A stretch of DNA of 32,000 nucleotides, from NCBI RefSeq assembly GCF_000803625.1, contig NZ_CP007496.1:630001-662000 (forward strand). The letters run 5' to 3'. Shown piece by piece: positions 1-10,198 of this stretch. Source of the DNA: Candidatus Nanosynbacter lyticus. GTDB taxonomy: Bacteria > Patescibacteriota > Saccharimonadia > Saccharimonadales > Saccharimonadaceae. Below the pieces are notes generated by a model. It ran no database searches. It saw nothing but the letters and a program-made list of their open reading frames with translations, and was not told where the DNA came from. A program made the translations under genes and the position numbers. Numbering within the stretch: position 1 is the stretch's first letter; the number at the start of each line of letters is the position of its first letter.

Positions 1-858
1 GTAATTACTGGATATGCCCAAGGCTCCCCCTGAAACGGCAAGGCAATATTCATTCCATACATACCATAAAAGACATTCGGAATTGCCAGCAAAATAGTAA
101 TAGCTGTTAAAACTTTCATCCGCTGATTCAAAGTATTATTAGCCACGGTCGAATAGGCATTTTGAATACTTGATATGGTGTGTGCACTGGAGCTAATTGC
201 TACTAAAATCTGCTTGATATGTAAATCAATATCCGCCAGCGCTTCTAAATCTCGTGTTTTAAACAAATGACGGCGATTCTCCATCAGTTGCGCAATAACA
301 TGAGATATTCCCTCCAGGCTGCTTTGATACTCATTAAGTGTATCTTCAATTGCTACAAATTTAATAAAATCAGCATTCTCCACCTCGCGACGACTTAGAC
401 GCCGCCGAGCATCAGCAATCTTCTCCGTTAACAAATGCACACGTTGTTCGTATTGAGCAATAATATATGCTAGATTTGCAGCAAAAATTCCCGCTGGCCG
501 CTCAGTGGTGCTAAATAAATAATCACTAATTTCTAGAGGCGAGAATTTAGCATACGGCGATATTGTAATATAATGACCGCCCGAAATCGCAATTAAAAAT
601 GGCACCGTTTTGCCAGAATCAGTTCTCCCAAACGGCATGCGCGTAAAGACATATTCAACACCATCAGAGAATTCTGCTCGAGGAAGTTCATGAATATCAA
701 GCACATCACGCACTACATTCGTAGACAGCGATAAAGCCTTAGATACACGAACAGCATCAAAACTACCGCCCAAGTGAATCCAGCCATTTTTATGCATTCG
801 ATTAACTTGCGTCAGCTTCTCGGTCAGTGATCTGCGCTCAAAATAACCCACCACCATG
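1..858 (-). CDS. CorA-family divalent metal ion transporter, 3' part truncated by window edge
   Basis: Manual reverse-strand reading from ATG at 858: MVVGYFERRSLTEKL...; near the window edge it reads AIPNVFYGMYGMNIALPFQG, with the CorA GMN motif. The ORF runs off the left edge. Confidence 0.85.
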
Positions 859-916
859 AAAAAATTATAATATACATAAGCTATATTAGCAATTTAGACT
901 CGAGGTGACGCCCGCG

Positions 917-1831
917 CTACCTACGCCTTAAGAAATAATATCCCACAACAACAGCCAGAGCCATACTAATTGCGGCAATAATCCAAAACATCACTGGATT
1001 ATCAGCTCCTGGAACTGGCACGTTCATGCCGTATAAGCCAGCAATCATCATCGGGATAGTCAAAGCTACCGTAATTACCGTTAGAAGACGAATCGTCTCA
1101 TTAAGTCGCGTGTCCATCACTGCTCGGTAGCTATCGCGAACATTTGTAATAGTCCTCAATAAACTTTTACATCGCGCAATTACCTGCTCTAAATCAATCG
1201 AAATATCTTCAACATCTTCCTTATCATCTTCCTTCAGACGCAGTTTTTGGGTTGCTAAAAGGCGCTCGATTGCCCAGTTCATCGGAATGAGAGCGTCTAA
1301 ATAATCGTTCAATTTGCGTTCATATTCAGCCAACGTCGCAATATCATTAACTCTCAATGTATGAATATTATCCGTAGCAGCACGCATTTGACGGTTAATC
1401 GTTGCCACCCGCCTCTGGTATTGAGTTGAAATTGCTTCAACCATAGTAACCAGAAGTTCAATTTGCCGATCAGTTCTAATTCGCGTCTTATCAATAAATG
1501 GCTGCCATAAACGCCCCAAGCTATCCCGCGATAATGTCACAAGATAATCTTTATTCAGACAAAATAATATTGGCGTGGTAAAATCATTAAAATCATCATC
1601 TGTATCTGGTAGACGGGCAATTAGATACGTCCAGTCATTATCAAATTCAATACGCGGCACCTCGTGTGGATCAAGCGCATCACTAATTAAATCCTCGTCC
1701 AGACCTAACGTCAATAGCTGAGCCACCTCCTCATCGCTCGGACGCTCACAGCGCACCCAAGAACCTGTACGCAATTTTTCTTGCGTACTAATCACCGAGT
1801 CGTTACTTGACGAGCGAAGATACTGTAACAT
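917..1831 (-). CDS. CorA-family divalent metal ion transporter
   Basis: ORF 917..1867 contains IPMMIAGLYGMNVPVPG and two C-terminal hydrophobic helices. I prefer the internal ATG at 1831 (MLQYLRSSSN) because the upstream start overlaps a hairpin and a TATAAT box. Confidence 0.88.
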   Translation of the reverse strand: MLQYLRSSSNDSVISTQEKLRTGSWVRCERPSDEEVAQLLTLGLDEDLISDALDPHEVPRIEFDNDWTYLIARLPDTDDDFNDFTTPILFCLNKDYLVTLSRDSLGRLWQPFIDKTRIRTDRQIELLVTMVEAISTQYQRRVATINRQMRAATDNIHTLRVNDIATLAEYERKLNDYLDALIPMNWAIERLLATQKLRLKEDDKEDVEDISIDLEQVIARCKSLLRTITNVRDSYRAVMDTRLNETIRLLTVITVALTIPMMIAGLYGMNVPVPGADNPVMFWIIAAISMALAVVVGYYFLRRR

Positions 1832-1863
1832 AATTTCTATATTATAAAATAAAATATCTATAA

Positions 1864-1903
1864 ACACAAGAAAACCTGCCCTATCGACAGGAATTTCTTG
1901 TGT
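1864..1903 (-). terminator. Putative intrinsic terminator / stem-loop between arcC and corA
   Basis: ACACAAGAAA (1864-1873) pairs perfectly with TTTCTTGTGT (1894-1903), with inner CCTG/CAGG pairing. On the minus strand it is followed by T-rich TTATAGATATTTTATTTT. Confidence 0.6.
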
Positions 1904-1909
1904 GCATTA

Positions 1910-2860
1910 TTACGATTTAATTATCGTTCCAGCTGAGCCGTTGATTGCTTCAGCAGTTTTATCTAACGAGGTAATAATTGACGTGCGGCCCGGCTTGCCA
2001 GCTAAGAACGCCAGCGCCGCCTGGACTTTTGGTAGCATTGAACCTGCCGCAAACTGACCGCCATCAATGTGTTTTTGAAGCTCGTCCACTGAGACCTCAC
2101 CCAGAGATTGTTCATCTGGCTTACCAAAATTAATCTTAGCGGCGTCAACCGAAGTCAGAATTAACAATGTATCAGCTTCTAAAAGATCGGCTAATTTTGC
2201 TGCTCCAAAATCCTTATCAATAACCGCTGCGACACCTTTTAATTGACCAGTTTCATCCTGCAAAACAGGAATACCACCGCCACCAGTTGATACTACCGTA
2301 ACTCCAGCATGGACTAGCGCTTTAATTACGTCGGCCTCAACAATCGTCTGAGGTTTTGGTGAAGGCACAACTCGTCGCCAACCACGACCAGCATCTTCTT
2401 TCACCGTATAGCCCCGCTCACTAGCGACAGTTTTAGCTTCCTCTTCCGAATAAAACGGACCAATTGGCTTAGTCGGATTTTGAAAAGCTGGATCGCTTAA
2501 GTCAACAATTGTCTGCGTCACCACGCTGATAGCGCGATTATTCATTTGATTAACCTTAAAGGCATCATGCAGAGCTTGCTGCAGCCAGAAACCAATCAAA
2601 CCCTGACTCATAGCGCCAGAATCCTCCAGAGGTAAGCTTGGCACGTCGGCCGTGTTAATCGCCTCTTCATGTAAGACGATATTGCCAACTTGCGGCCCAT
2701 TGCCATGGACAATCGCTACATTATGACCAGCTTGAATCAGTGGTAAAAGTTGGCGAACTGTCTCATCAGCCACACGCTGTTGCTGCTCAGACGCGGCTTC
2801 GCCCTGCCGTTGCAGGGCGTTACCACCGAGCGCTACTACAATAGTACGCTTCTTATCCAT
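1910..2860 (-). CDS. arcC: Carbamate kinase
   Basis: 316 aa with VVALGGNALQR start, GNGPQVG, STGGGGIPV and KVQAALAFL; adjacent to the other arc genes. Confidence 0.96.
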   Translation of the reverse strand: MDKKRTIVVALGGNALQRQGEAASEQQQRVADETVRQLLPLIQAGHNVAIVHGNGPQVGNIVLHEEAINTADVPSLPLEDSGAMSQGLIGFWLQQALHDAFKVNQMNNRAISVVTQTIVDLSDPAFQNPTKPIGPFYSEEEAKTVASERGYTVKEDAGRGWRRVVPSPKPQTIVEADVIKALVHAGVTVVSTGGGGIPVLQDETGQLKGVAAVIDKDFGAAKLADLLEADTLLILTSVDAAKINFGKPDEQSLGEVSVDELQKHIDGGQFAAGSMLPKVQAALAFLAGKPGRTSIITSLDKTAEAINGSAGTIIKS

Positions 2861-2863
2861 GTG

Positions 2864-4408
2864 TTACAGCGCTCCAAAGATTGCAATAACTACAAGGCTA
2901 ATGACGGCAAATACTGCCATGATTGGAGCTGACCGCTTAATCCAGTCGCGATATGAAACGCCAGCCAGTGCCAAACCGCCCATCAATGAAGCAATAGTTG
3001 GTGCCATCATATTGATGAGGCCTGATGCCGTAGCAAAAGCAGCGACCATGACCTCTTTGCTTGAGCCAACCAGGTCGGCAATTGGTGCAATAACCGGCAT
3101 GGTTGCTGCTGCCAAACCTGATGATGATGGTACGATGAATGACATTGGCAAGTAGAACAGATACGCCAACACACCAACAACGCCACCGCCAGCATCTTTC
3201 AGGAGCGATTCACCCCAGCTGATGATAGTATCTTGGATTTCACCGTTAGTCATCACAACAGAAACACCGGTTGCCACTGCAATAATCAAAGCAACTGGCA
3301 AGATATCTTTCACACCATCAATGAAGGTGTCAACTGGGAAAATACCCTCCTTCTTAAACTCTTTATAGTAAATTGCGGTTATTACAATAGTTGATATCAA
3401 GAACAGTGTAGTGATTTCGCCAAACAGCCATTCACCAAAGGCGGCACTATGGACCACACCGAGCGCTGCACCGATAACTGGTAAATCTGAAGCTCTCTTA
3501 AACACGTCGTCAAAGAAAGTAATTTCCCAGCTCCCCCAAGGAATCAGCGAAAGAACCATCAAGATAAATGTGATAGCGAATACGCCCATGACAACTTTTC
3601 GTGGGGTAGTTAGTTTTGGTATATTTTCCATATCTAGAGCAGCCGTAGCTGGCTTATAACGAACATCTTCCTTATATTTGCCAGCCTTCACTTTTGCAGC
3701 GTAGCGCATAGTGAAGATAATTGCCGCAATCAGACACAGTACTAAAATGATCGACATAATTGGAATTACATTACCTAGCTTTATGTCTGCTGTTGCGGCT
3801 GCAGCGCCAGTAGAGAATGGGTTAATGGTTGAACCGAGCACACCCGTACCGGCGCCAAGCACAATCACCATCACGCCAGTCATTGCATTGTAGCCAGCAG
3901 CAATCATCATCGGTATAACTAGTGCGTAAAACGCCACAGTTTCTTCCTGCATACCGTAAGTTGTACCACCGATAGCAAACAGCGTCATTAAAATTGGAAT
4001 GAGCCACTTTTCCTTGCCCTTCATCTTACGAAGGAGCGCACCGAGTGAAGCATCCAGGGCGCCAGTCTTCATAGTAACACCCAAGAATCCACCAAGCACC
4101 ATGACGAAAACTATCACATCAAGCTTATTCGTCATACCTTTAATCGGCGCGGTGAAGACGTCCCACAAACCTTGTCGGTCATGCTTATCGACTTCAGTCT
4201 CTTTACCATCCTTCTTTTCCTTGACGGTGCGGTCTTTCTCAACCACATGATACGATCCCGCAACACGGCTACCATCGTTATCAGTCTTATAGACGCCTGA
4301 CGGAATAATCCATGTCAACGCTGCCATGATTGCGATCACGACAAATAAAATCGTAAAAGCCGACGGCGATCGAAGCTTCTGCTTTGCTTTTTTAATTTTT
4401 TCTACCAT
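2864..4408 (-). CDS. arcD: YfcC/ArcD-type membrane transporter, probable arginine/ornithine exchanger
   Basis: 514-aa polytopic protein (TYGMQEETVAFYALVIPMM, FYLPMSFIVPSSSGLAAATMPVIAP) inside the arc cluster. Substrate assignment is from context. Confidence 0.85.
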   Translation of the reverse strand: MVEKIKKAKQKLRSPSAFTILFVVIAIMAALTWIIPSGVYKTDNDGSRVAGSYHVVEKDRTVKEKKDGKETEVDKHDRQGLWDVFTAPIKGMTNKLDVIVFVMVLGGFLGVTMKTGALDASLGALLRKMKGKEKWLIPILMTLFAIGGTTYGMQEETVAFYALVIPMMIAAGYNAMTGVMVIVLGAGTGVLGSTINPFSTGAAAATADIKLGNVIPIMSIILVLCLIAAIIFTMRYAAKVKAGKYKEDVRYKPATAALDMENIPKLTTPRKVVMGVFAITFILMVLSLIPWGSWEITFFDDVFKRASDLPVIGAALGVVHSAAFGEWLFGEITTLFLISTIVITAIYYKEFKKEGIFPVDTFIDGVKDILPVALIIAVATGVSVVMTNGEIQDTIISWGESLLKDAGGGVVGVLAYLFYLPMSFIVPSSSGLAAATMPVIAPIADLVGSSKEVMVAAFATASGLINMMAPTIASLMGGLALAGVSYRDWIKRSAPIMAVFAVISLVVIAIFGAL

Positions 4409-4447
4409 TGCCTCGGAGCCTCCTTAACCTCCTTATTACGACAACAA

Positions 4448-5437
4448 CTACAATGTTAAAGCCATAACAGCTTTAATTGTATGCATACGATTTTCCGCTT
4501 GATCAAATACTATCGAATGCGGCGAGCGGAACACCTCATCCGTAACTTCCATAGAATCTAGACCAAAATCTTCCTGAACCTTCTTGCCGGTAATCGTCAA
4601 TGCGTCGTGGAATGCTGGCAAACAGTGCATGAACTTAACTTCAGGATTTCCCGTCAGGTTAATCATGTCACGATTGACCTGGAAGTGGCGCAATTGATTG
4701 ATACGCTCAGCAAACTTATCCTCCTCGCCCATTGAAACCCAAACATCGGTGTAAATCACGTCAGCACCACGCAAGGCTTCTTCGAAGTTGTCGGTAATGG
4801 TAATACGCGCATGACTTGACCTGGCGAAGTGGCGAGCCTTGTCAACAAGAGCTTGCTCCGGATGTAGTTCACGAGGCGCCAAAATACGGAAATCAAGACC
4901 CATAATTGCCGATCCAATCATCAGGGAATTTGCCATATTATTACGGCCATCACCCACAAACACTAATTTGGTGCCTTTGAGCTTACCAACATGCTCCTCA
5001 ATAGTCATGAAATCAGCCAAAATCTGTGTTGGATGGAATTTATCGGTCAAGCCGTTCCATACCGGCACGCCTGCATGCTTCGCCAAATCTTCCACCGTTT
5101 TATGATCAAAACCGCGAAACTCAATACCGTCAAACATCCGACCCAGTACCTTAGCCGTATCTTCGACTGTTTCTTTTTTACCGAGCTGAATGTCATCTTT
5201 ACCAAGATATTCTGGCGCAATGCCCAAATCATTAGCCGCCACCGTAAAAGCGCAGCGTGTCCTGGTCGAGGTTTTTTCAAATAGCAATGCCACATTTTTG
5301 CCTTCGTGAATTCGATGTGATACACCAGCATACTTTAATCGACGATACTCACGCGCCGTATCTAAAAGTAGGCGGATTTCTTCTGCTGTATAGTCACCTA
5401 AGGTTAAAAGTGACCGACCTTTCAAACTCTGAGCCAT
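4448..5437 (-). CDS. arcB: Ornithine carbamoyltransferase, catabolic
   Basis: 329 aa with [12 protein letters not shown], the HPTQ-type [13 protein letters not shown] motif, and [10 protein letters not shown]. Confidence 0.96.
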   Translation of the reverse strand: MAQSLKGRSLLTLGDYTAEEIRLLLDTAREYRRLKYAGVSHRIHEGKNVALLFEKTSTRTRCAFTVAANDLGIAPEYLGKDDIQLGKKETVEDTAKVLGRMFDGIEFRGFDHKTVEDLAKHAGVPVWNGLTDKFHPTQILADFMTIEEHVGKLKGTKLVFVGDGRNNMANSLMIGSAIMGLDFRILAPRELHPEQALVDKARHFARSSHARITITDNFEEALRGADVIYTDVWVSMGEEDKFAERINQLRHFQVNRDMINLTGNPEVKFMHCLPAFHDALTITGKKVQEDFGLDSMEVTDEVFRSPHSIVFDQAENRMHTIKAVMALTL

Positions 5438-6675
5438 TAAAATACATCCTCTCTCACTAGCGGCATACTCATACAGCGTGGACCGCCACGACCACGACCA
5501 AGCTCAGCACCAGCAACTTCAATAACTTGAATGCCCTGCTCGCGCAACTTTTGGTTAGTAACGTAGTTGCGATCATACGTTACCACCACTCCCGGTGCAA
5601 TTGCCAAAGTGTTGGAGCCGTCATTCCACTGCTCACGAGCAGCCGCGATTGGATCACCACCGCCACATTCAATTAACGTAACGCTCGGCAGACCCAACGC
5701 TACTCGCAAAACATGCTCAAGGTCTGTCTCATGTGTAATGCGCGGGAACGGCTGACCTTCAACCTTCTCCAAAACGAAGCAGTTCATCTTACCACCACGG
5801 TCGCGAATTTCTGGGTGAATTGTAAACTTGTCTCGATCAATCATCGTAAATACCGTATCCAAGTGCATGAAGGCGTGCGACTTCGGAATTTCCATAGCAA
5901 TGACCTTCTTAAAGTTAGAGCCAGCAAACAGCTTGGTTGCCATTTTTTCGATTGCTTCAGCCGTAGTACGCTCTGACACACCGATCGCCATTACCTTGTC
6001 ACTCAGCACCAACTCATCACCACCTTCAATTGAGAATTTCTCGGTGCGGTTATACCAAACTGGCACGCGATTCGCGAAGCGTGGATGATGGTCGATGATA
6101 TAACGCATAAACAGCGATTCACGACGACGAGCCGTCCAGTGCATCTTGTTGACTGTCAGACCATTACCAATAGCGGCAGCTGGGTCACGCGTAAAGTACA
6201 AATTTGGCATTGGGTCAAGATAAAACGGATAATGGTTCTTCTCAATCATATTATGAAGCTGCTGATGCTGATCTGGAGGAAGAGTAATTTCATCCTTACG
6301 CACACCAGCCATAATCTTGCGGATCATCGCGTGAGTTGGCAGGTCCAGCAAGAATTGACGCAAAGTTTGAGTTACGCGGCGTGAATCCTGCTTAGAAGCA
6401 GCCAGCATTTCATCGACAAATTGTTCGCGCAATTGATCCGTACTGAGAGCTTCTGCTACCAATTGATCTAGATATAGCACTTCAACTCCATGATTTCTCA
6501 ACACTTCCGCAAAAGCATCATGCTCAGCTTGTGCCACCTTCAGATATGGAATATCGTCAAATAAAAGATCGGTCAGATAATCTGGCGTCAAATTCTCCAG
6601 CTCTTCACCTGGCCTATGCAACAAAACGGTCTTAAGTTTTCCTATTTCAGACGTGATGTGAATTGGTTCGTCCAT
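5437..6675 (-). CDS. arcA: Arginine deiminase
   Basis: [37 protein letters not shown] and C-terminal [19 protein letters not shown]-type SD upstream; the ORF track start at 6678 is a GTG immediately before the ATG. Confidence 0.97.
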   Translation of the reverse strand: MDEPIHITSEIGKLKTVLLHRPGEELENLTPDYLTDLLFDDIPYLKVAQAEHDAFAEVLRNHGVEVLYLDQLVAEALSTDQLREQFVDEMLAASKQDSRRVTQTLRQFLLDLPTHAMIRKIMAGVRKDEITLPPDQHQQLHNMIEKNHYPFYLDPMPNLYFTRDPAAAIGNGLTVNKMHWTARRRESLFMRYIIDHHPRFANRVPVWYNRTEKFSIEGGDELVLSDKVMAIGVSERTTAEAIEKMATKLFAGSNFKKVIAMEIPKSHAFMHLDTVFTMIDRDKFTIHPEIRDRGGKMNCFVLEKVEGQPFPRITHETDLEHVLRVALGLPSVTLIECGGGDPIAAAREQWNDGSNTLAIAPGVVVTYDRNYVTNQKLREQGIQVIEVAGAELGRGRGGPRCMSMPLVREDVF

Positions 6676-6722
6676 CACAACCCTCCCCTGTTTATATTAC
6701 TAATGTTTTAATTGTAACACGT

Positions 6723-7355
6723 TTATGTTTTTGGGCAAGAGTAGATAATTGCCAGACTGGCTTCAATTCTTATCGTAAATTGTTGGTTATTTTTTAGCCA
6801 CTCATCAACCGCTCGTGCGGCGCCCGGCAACGCTTCATTGGCATAGTCGTCAACCACAATCGTTGCTTTTTTATGAAACTTACCGTCGCACATGCGGAAT
6901 GAATCGGCAATTGACTCATAAAAATCACCGTCAAAAAATGCAAAAATAATATCTTCCGGCACGTCATTAGGAGAAAAATCAGCAAACCAACCTTTGTGAA
7001 TGATTGGCAGTTTCAAGCCAGCCTTTTTGAAATTCTGAATGAAGGTTTTGCGTGGCGCGAGCAGCTCGCCGGCTTTGAACTGCTCACCCGCAGCGCTGGC
7101 GTCGGCTTGGGTTTTTTCTGGCAAGCCCATAAACGAATCGTAAACATGAAACTCACCCTTAAAATCATAAGCGTCCAGCAGCCGCCGCATGAACAAACTC
7201 GTCGTGCCGACATAACAGCCAAACTCGACGATGTTACCAGTCACACCGCTTTGCAACAACTTTTCCAGTTCTCGCAGCAAGGTGCCAAGCTCTTTGGCGT
7301 CAACTTGGTCGGAGATAATGGGGTATTTGGCGAGGAGATAGTTGGTGATATTCAT
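6723..7355 (-). CDS. TylF/MycF-like SAM-dependent methyltransferase
   Basis: VEFGCYVGTTSLFMRRLL, FHVYDSFMGLP, FAFFDGDFYESI, IVVDDYANEALPGAARAV. Start moved to ATG 7355 (MNITNYLL). Confidence 0.75.
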   Translation of the reverse strand: MNITNYLLAKYPIISDQVDAKELGTLLRELEKLLQSGVTGNIVEFGCYVGTTSLFMRRLLDAYDFKGEFHVYDSFMGLPEKTQADASAAGEQFKAGELLAPRKTFIQNFKKAGLKLPIIHKGWFADFSPNDVPEDIIFAFFDGDFYESIADSFRMCDGKFHKKATIVVDDYANEALPGAARAVDEWLKNNQQFTIRIEASLAIIYSCPKT

Positions 7356-7452
7356 AAAAATATTATAAGCAGACCACAAACTATCAGCAAATCATAGACG
7401 CTATGCTCTTGTGTATTTATGATTTCATCAGGTAAACTCTCAAATAGCATAT

Positions 7453-8193
7453 ATGAACAATCACGACATTATCAAAACATTTTTACCGAAACAATTAGAC
7501 ATAAAGCACCTCGATCTCCTGCAGCCCGCCCTACAAAAGTCAAACCTAATTGTTTATGGCGAAATTCACGGTATTAAAGAAAATGCCGATATCGTCTATA
7601 CCTTGGTTAAAAAAACTTGCATACAACGATTGGCCATTGAAGCTAGCCCTACTGTGTTTGACTTCATCAATTCAGTAAAGATCAATTCTTATGATTTTTC
7701 CTTAGTTGATGAAGACCTTTTTGACTCAAGCATTCTATCTCTTGAAATGATAAAAGCAATAGCAATTCTTCTACAGCAAAATCAACTTAAAGAGCTCGTT
7801 TTTATTGATACATTTTTTGACAATTTAGATGAGGACGCCGTCATACCACCAAGCCCGCAGGAACGAGAAAAACAACTAGCTAAAAATATCCTCGGAATTG
7901 ACGACTCTCTATCAACATTATGTATTATGGGACAATGGCATACGCAGCCCAAAGTTGTTACAGATGACGAAACACGACATGAATCAGCGTTATATCGCTT
8001 GAGAAAAACAAAACCAAATGTACAGTTTATTCACAATATCTATCGACAAGGGCAACTATTTAATGATGGAAAGATAATTGAATTACCAGATAATCAAGCC
8101 ATACCGTCTTGTTACGAAATTGTCCAGAAAACTGATATTGATTTTGAGCTACACATACCAGAAGCTACGAGAATATCGCTATGCAAAAAATAG
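7453..8193 (+). CDS. Uncharacterised protein with GEIHG motif, ChaN/erythromycin-esterase-like fold possible
   Basis: 246 aa: NLIVYGEIHGIKENADIV, RLAIEASPTVFDFI, LCIMGQWHTQPK. The two histidine motifs resemble EreA/ChaN-type proteins, but similarity is weak by eye. Confidence 0.45.
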   Translation: MNNHDIIKTFLPKQLDIKHLDLLQPALQKSNLIVYGEIHGIKENADIVYTLVKKTCIQRLAIEASPTVFDFINSVKINSYDFSLVDEDLFDSSILSLEMIKAIAILLQQNQLKELVFIDTFFDNLDEDAVIPPSPQEREKQLAKNILGIDDSLSTLCIMGQWHTQPKVVTDDETRHESALYRLRKTKPNVQFIHNIYRQGQLFNDGKIIELPDNQAIPSCYEIVQKTDIDFELHIPEATRISLCKK

Positions 8194-8200
8194 CGAACGT

Positions 8201-10198
8201 CTACTCAGCAAACTGGCTATTATACAGCTCAGCATAAAAGCCGTTTTGCTGTAGCAGTTCGTCGTGCTTGCCTTGCTCGATGATGTTGCCGTCGCGGACG
8301 ACCAAGATTAGATCAGCGTCGCGGATAGTGCTCAGGCGGTGGGCGATGACGAAGCTGGTTTTGCCCTGCATCAACTTGTCCATGGCTTTTTGGATGAGTA
8401 CTTCAGTGCGGGTGTCGACCGAACTAGTGGCTTCGTCCAAAATCAGCATCGGCGTGCGCGCCAACATCGCCCGAGCGATCGTCAGCAGCTGCTTTTCGCC
8501 CTGCGAGATGTTCGTGGCTTCCTCGCCCAGCACCATATCGTAGCCGCCCGGCAGCGACCGCACGAAATGGTCAACGTGCGCTTCCTTGGCGGTGGCGACC
8601 ATCTCTTCTTCGCTGGCTGTTGGGTTGCCGTAGAGCAAATTTTGGCGAATCGTGCCGTTAAACAACCAGGTGTCCTGCAACACCATGCCAAACAGTTGCC
8701 GCACGTCGCTGCGCTTCATGTCCGCGATATTAACACCGTCAATTTTGATAGCACCGCTGTTAATTTCATAAAATCGCATCAGTAAATTGACCAAGGTAGT
8801 TTTGCCCGCGCCCGTCGGGCCGACGATCGCCACACGCTGGCCTGGCTTGATGTGCGCTGATAATCCTTTGATGATAGTCTGGTCAGGCTTGTAGCCAAAG
8901 ACCACGTTGTCGAATTCGACTTCGCCCTTGACGTGCGCCAATTTCACCAAATCCTTACCTTCCGCCTTTTCTTCTGGCTCGTCCAAAAATTCAAACACGC
9001 GCTCGGCGGCAGCGGCGGTCGATTGCAGCACATTGGCAATGTTAGCAACTTGCACCAGCGGCTGATTGAATTGGTCGATATACTGGATGAACGCCTGAAT
9101 GTCACCAATTTTCAGCCGGCCGTTAATCGCCAGCCAACCGCCCAAAATCGCCATGACGACGTAACCGATATTGCCGATGAAATTCATGATCGGATAAATT
9201 AAACCCGACAAAAATTGAGCTTTCCAGGCGCTTTCCTGCAGCTGATCGTTAATCCGCGAAAACTTAGCCAGCGACTTTTTCTGGCCGTTGAACACGCGCA
9301 TCACCTGATGGCCGCCGTACATTTCTTCGATGTGGCCGTTTAGTTCACCCAGCTGCGTCTGTTGGCGGAGGAACTGCTTTTGCGAGCTTTTGGCGATCAG
9401 CGTGATTACGCCGCCAGCCAACGGCAGCACCAGCAGCGCCACCAGCGACATCTGCCAGCTGATGGAAAACATCATCACCAAAATCCCCAGCACCATCACC
9501 GTCGAGGAGACGATTTGCGACAGGCTTTGGTTGAGCGTCTGGCTGATGGTATCGACATCGTTGGTGACGCGGCTGAGGACTTCGCCGTAGGTTTGCTTGT
9601 CAAAATAACTCAGCGGCAGGCGATTGATTTTCTCGGACAATTGCCGGCGCATTCTGAAGGTAACCGTTTGCGTCACTTGGGTCATCAGCCAGGTTTGGAT
9701 GTAGCGGAAAATGGCGCTGAGCACATACAAACCAATTAGCAAACTAACGACCCGCCAAATTGCCTCAAAGTGAAATTCTGGGCGCTGGCTGAGATCCAGT
9801 TTTTTGATGGTATCAAGCTGGTTGGATGGAATTTGGCTTTCAATTTCCGACTTGTTCGGTAGCCGCTTCAGAACATCAGCACCGGTCGTGCCAGCTGGCA
9901 ACGAAGCACCATTCGGCAGCTTGCTAGTGATGGTTTCATACGCCTTAATGCTGACATAATCTTCGACGATTTGGTTGGTGGCGCCGCCCAAAATCTTCGG
10001 GCTGACAATCGCAAACGCGGTGCTGCCGACTGCAAAAATCGCCACCATTAGCATTTGCCAGCGGAATTCTGCCAAATATTTAGCTAACTTCTTGACCGTG
10101 CCTTTGAAATCTTTGGCTTTTTCGCCCGCGCCCATACCGCCGCCCATTGGACCGCCCATCTTCACTGGCTGGCGTTTTTTCATGCTTTGCTGAGCCAT
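8201..10198 (-). CDS. ABC transporter, fused permease-ATPase (multidrug/lipid exporter type), subunit 2
   Basis: Walker A GPTGAGKTT, signature NISQGEKQLLTIARA, Walker B MLILDEATSSVD, and a 6-TM exporter domain. Confidence 0.92.
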   Translation of the reverse strand: MAQQSMKKRQPVKMGGPMGGGMGAGEKAKDFKGTVKKLAKYLAEFRWQMLMVAIFAVGSTAFAIVSPKILGGATNQIVEDYVSIKAYETITSKLPNGASLPAGTTGADVLKRLPNKSEIESQIPSNQLDTIKKLDLSQRPEFHFEAIWRVVSLLIGLYVLSAIFRYIQTWLMTQVTQTVTFRMRRQLSEKINRLPLSYFDKQTYGEVLSRVTNDVDTISQTLNQSLSQIVSSTVMVLGILVMMFSISWQMSLVALLVLPLAGGVITLIAKSSQKQFLRQQTQLGELNGHIEEMYGGHQVMRVFNGQKKSLAKFSRINDQLQESAWKAQFLSGLIYPIMNFIGNIGYVVMAILGGWLAINGRLKIGDIQAFIQYIDQFNQPLVQVANIANVLQSTAAAAERVFEFLDEPEEKAEGKDLVKLAHVKGEVEFDNVVFGYKPDQTIIKGLSAHIKPGQRVAIVGPTGAGKTTLVNLLMRFYEINSGAIKIDGVNIADMKRSDVRQLFGMVLQDTWLFNGTIRQNLLYGNPTASEEEMVATAKEAHVDHFVRSLPGGYDMVLGEEATNISQGEKQLLTIARAMLARTPMLILDEATSSVDTRTEVLIQKAMDKLMQGKTSFVIAHRLSTIRDADLILVVRDGNIIEQGKHDELLQQNGFYAELYNSQFAE

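Noticed and set aside
1864-1903. Stem-loop interpreted as a riboswitch or Mg-sensor for corA.
   Set aside because: It is a simple perfect hairpin followed by a T-rich tract, better explained as a terminator for the arc operon; no multi-stem aptamer seen.
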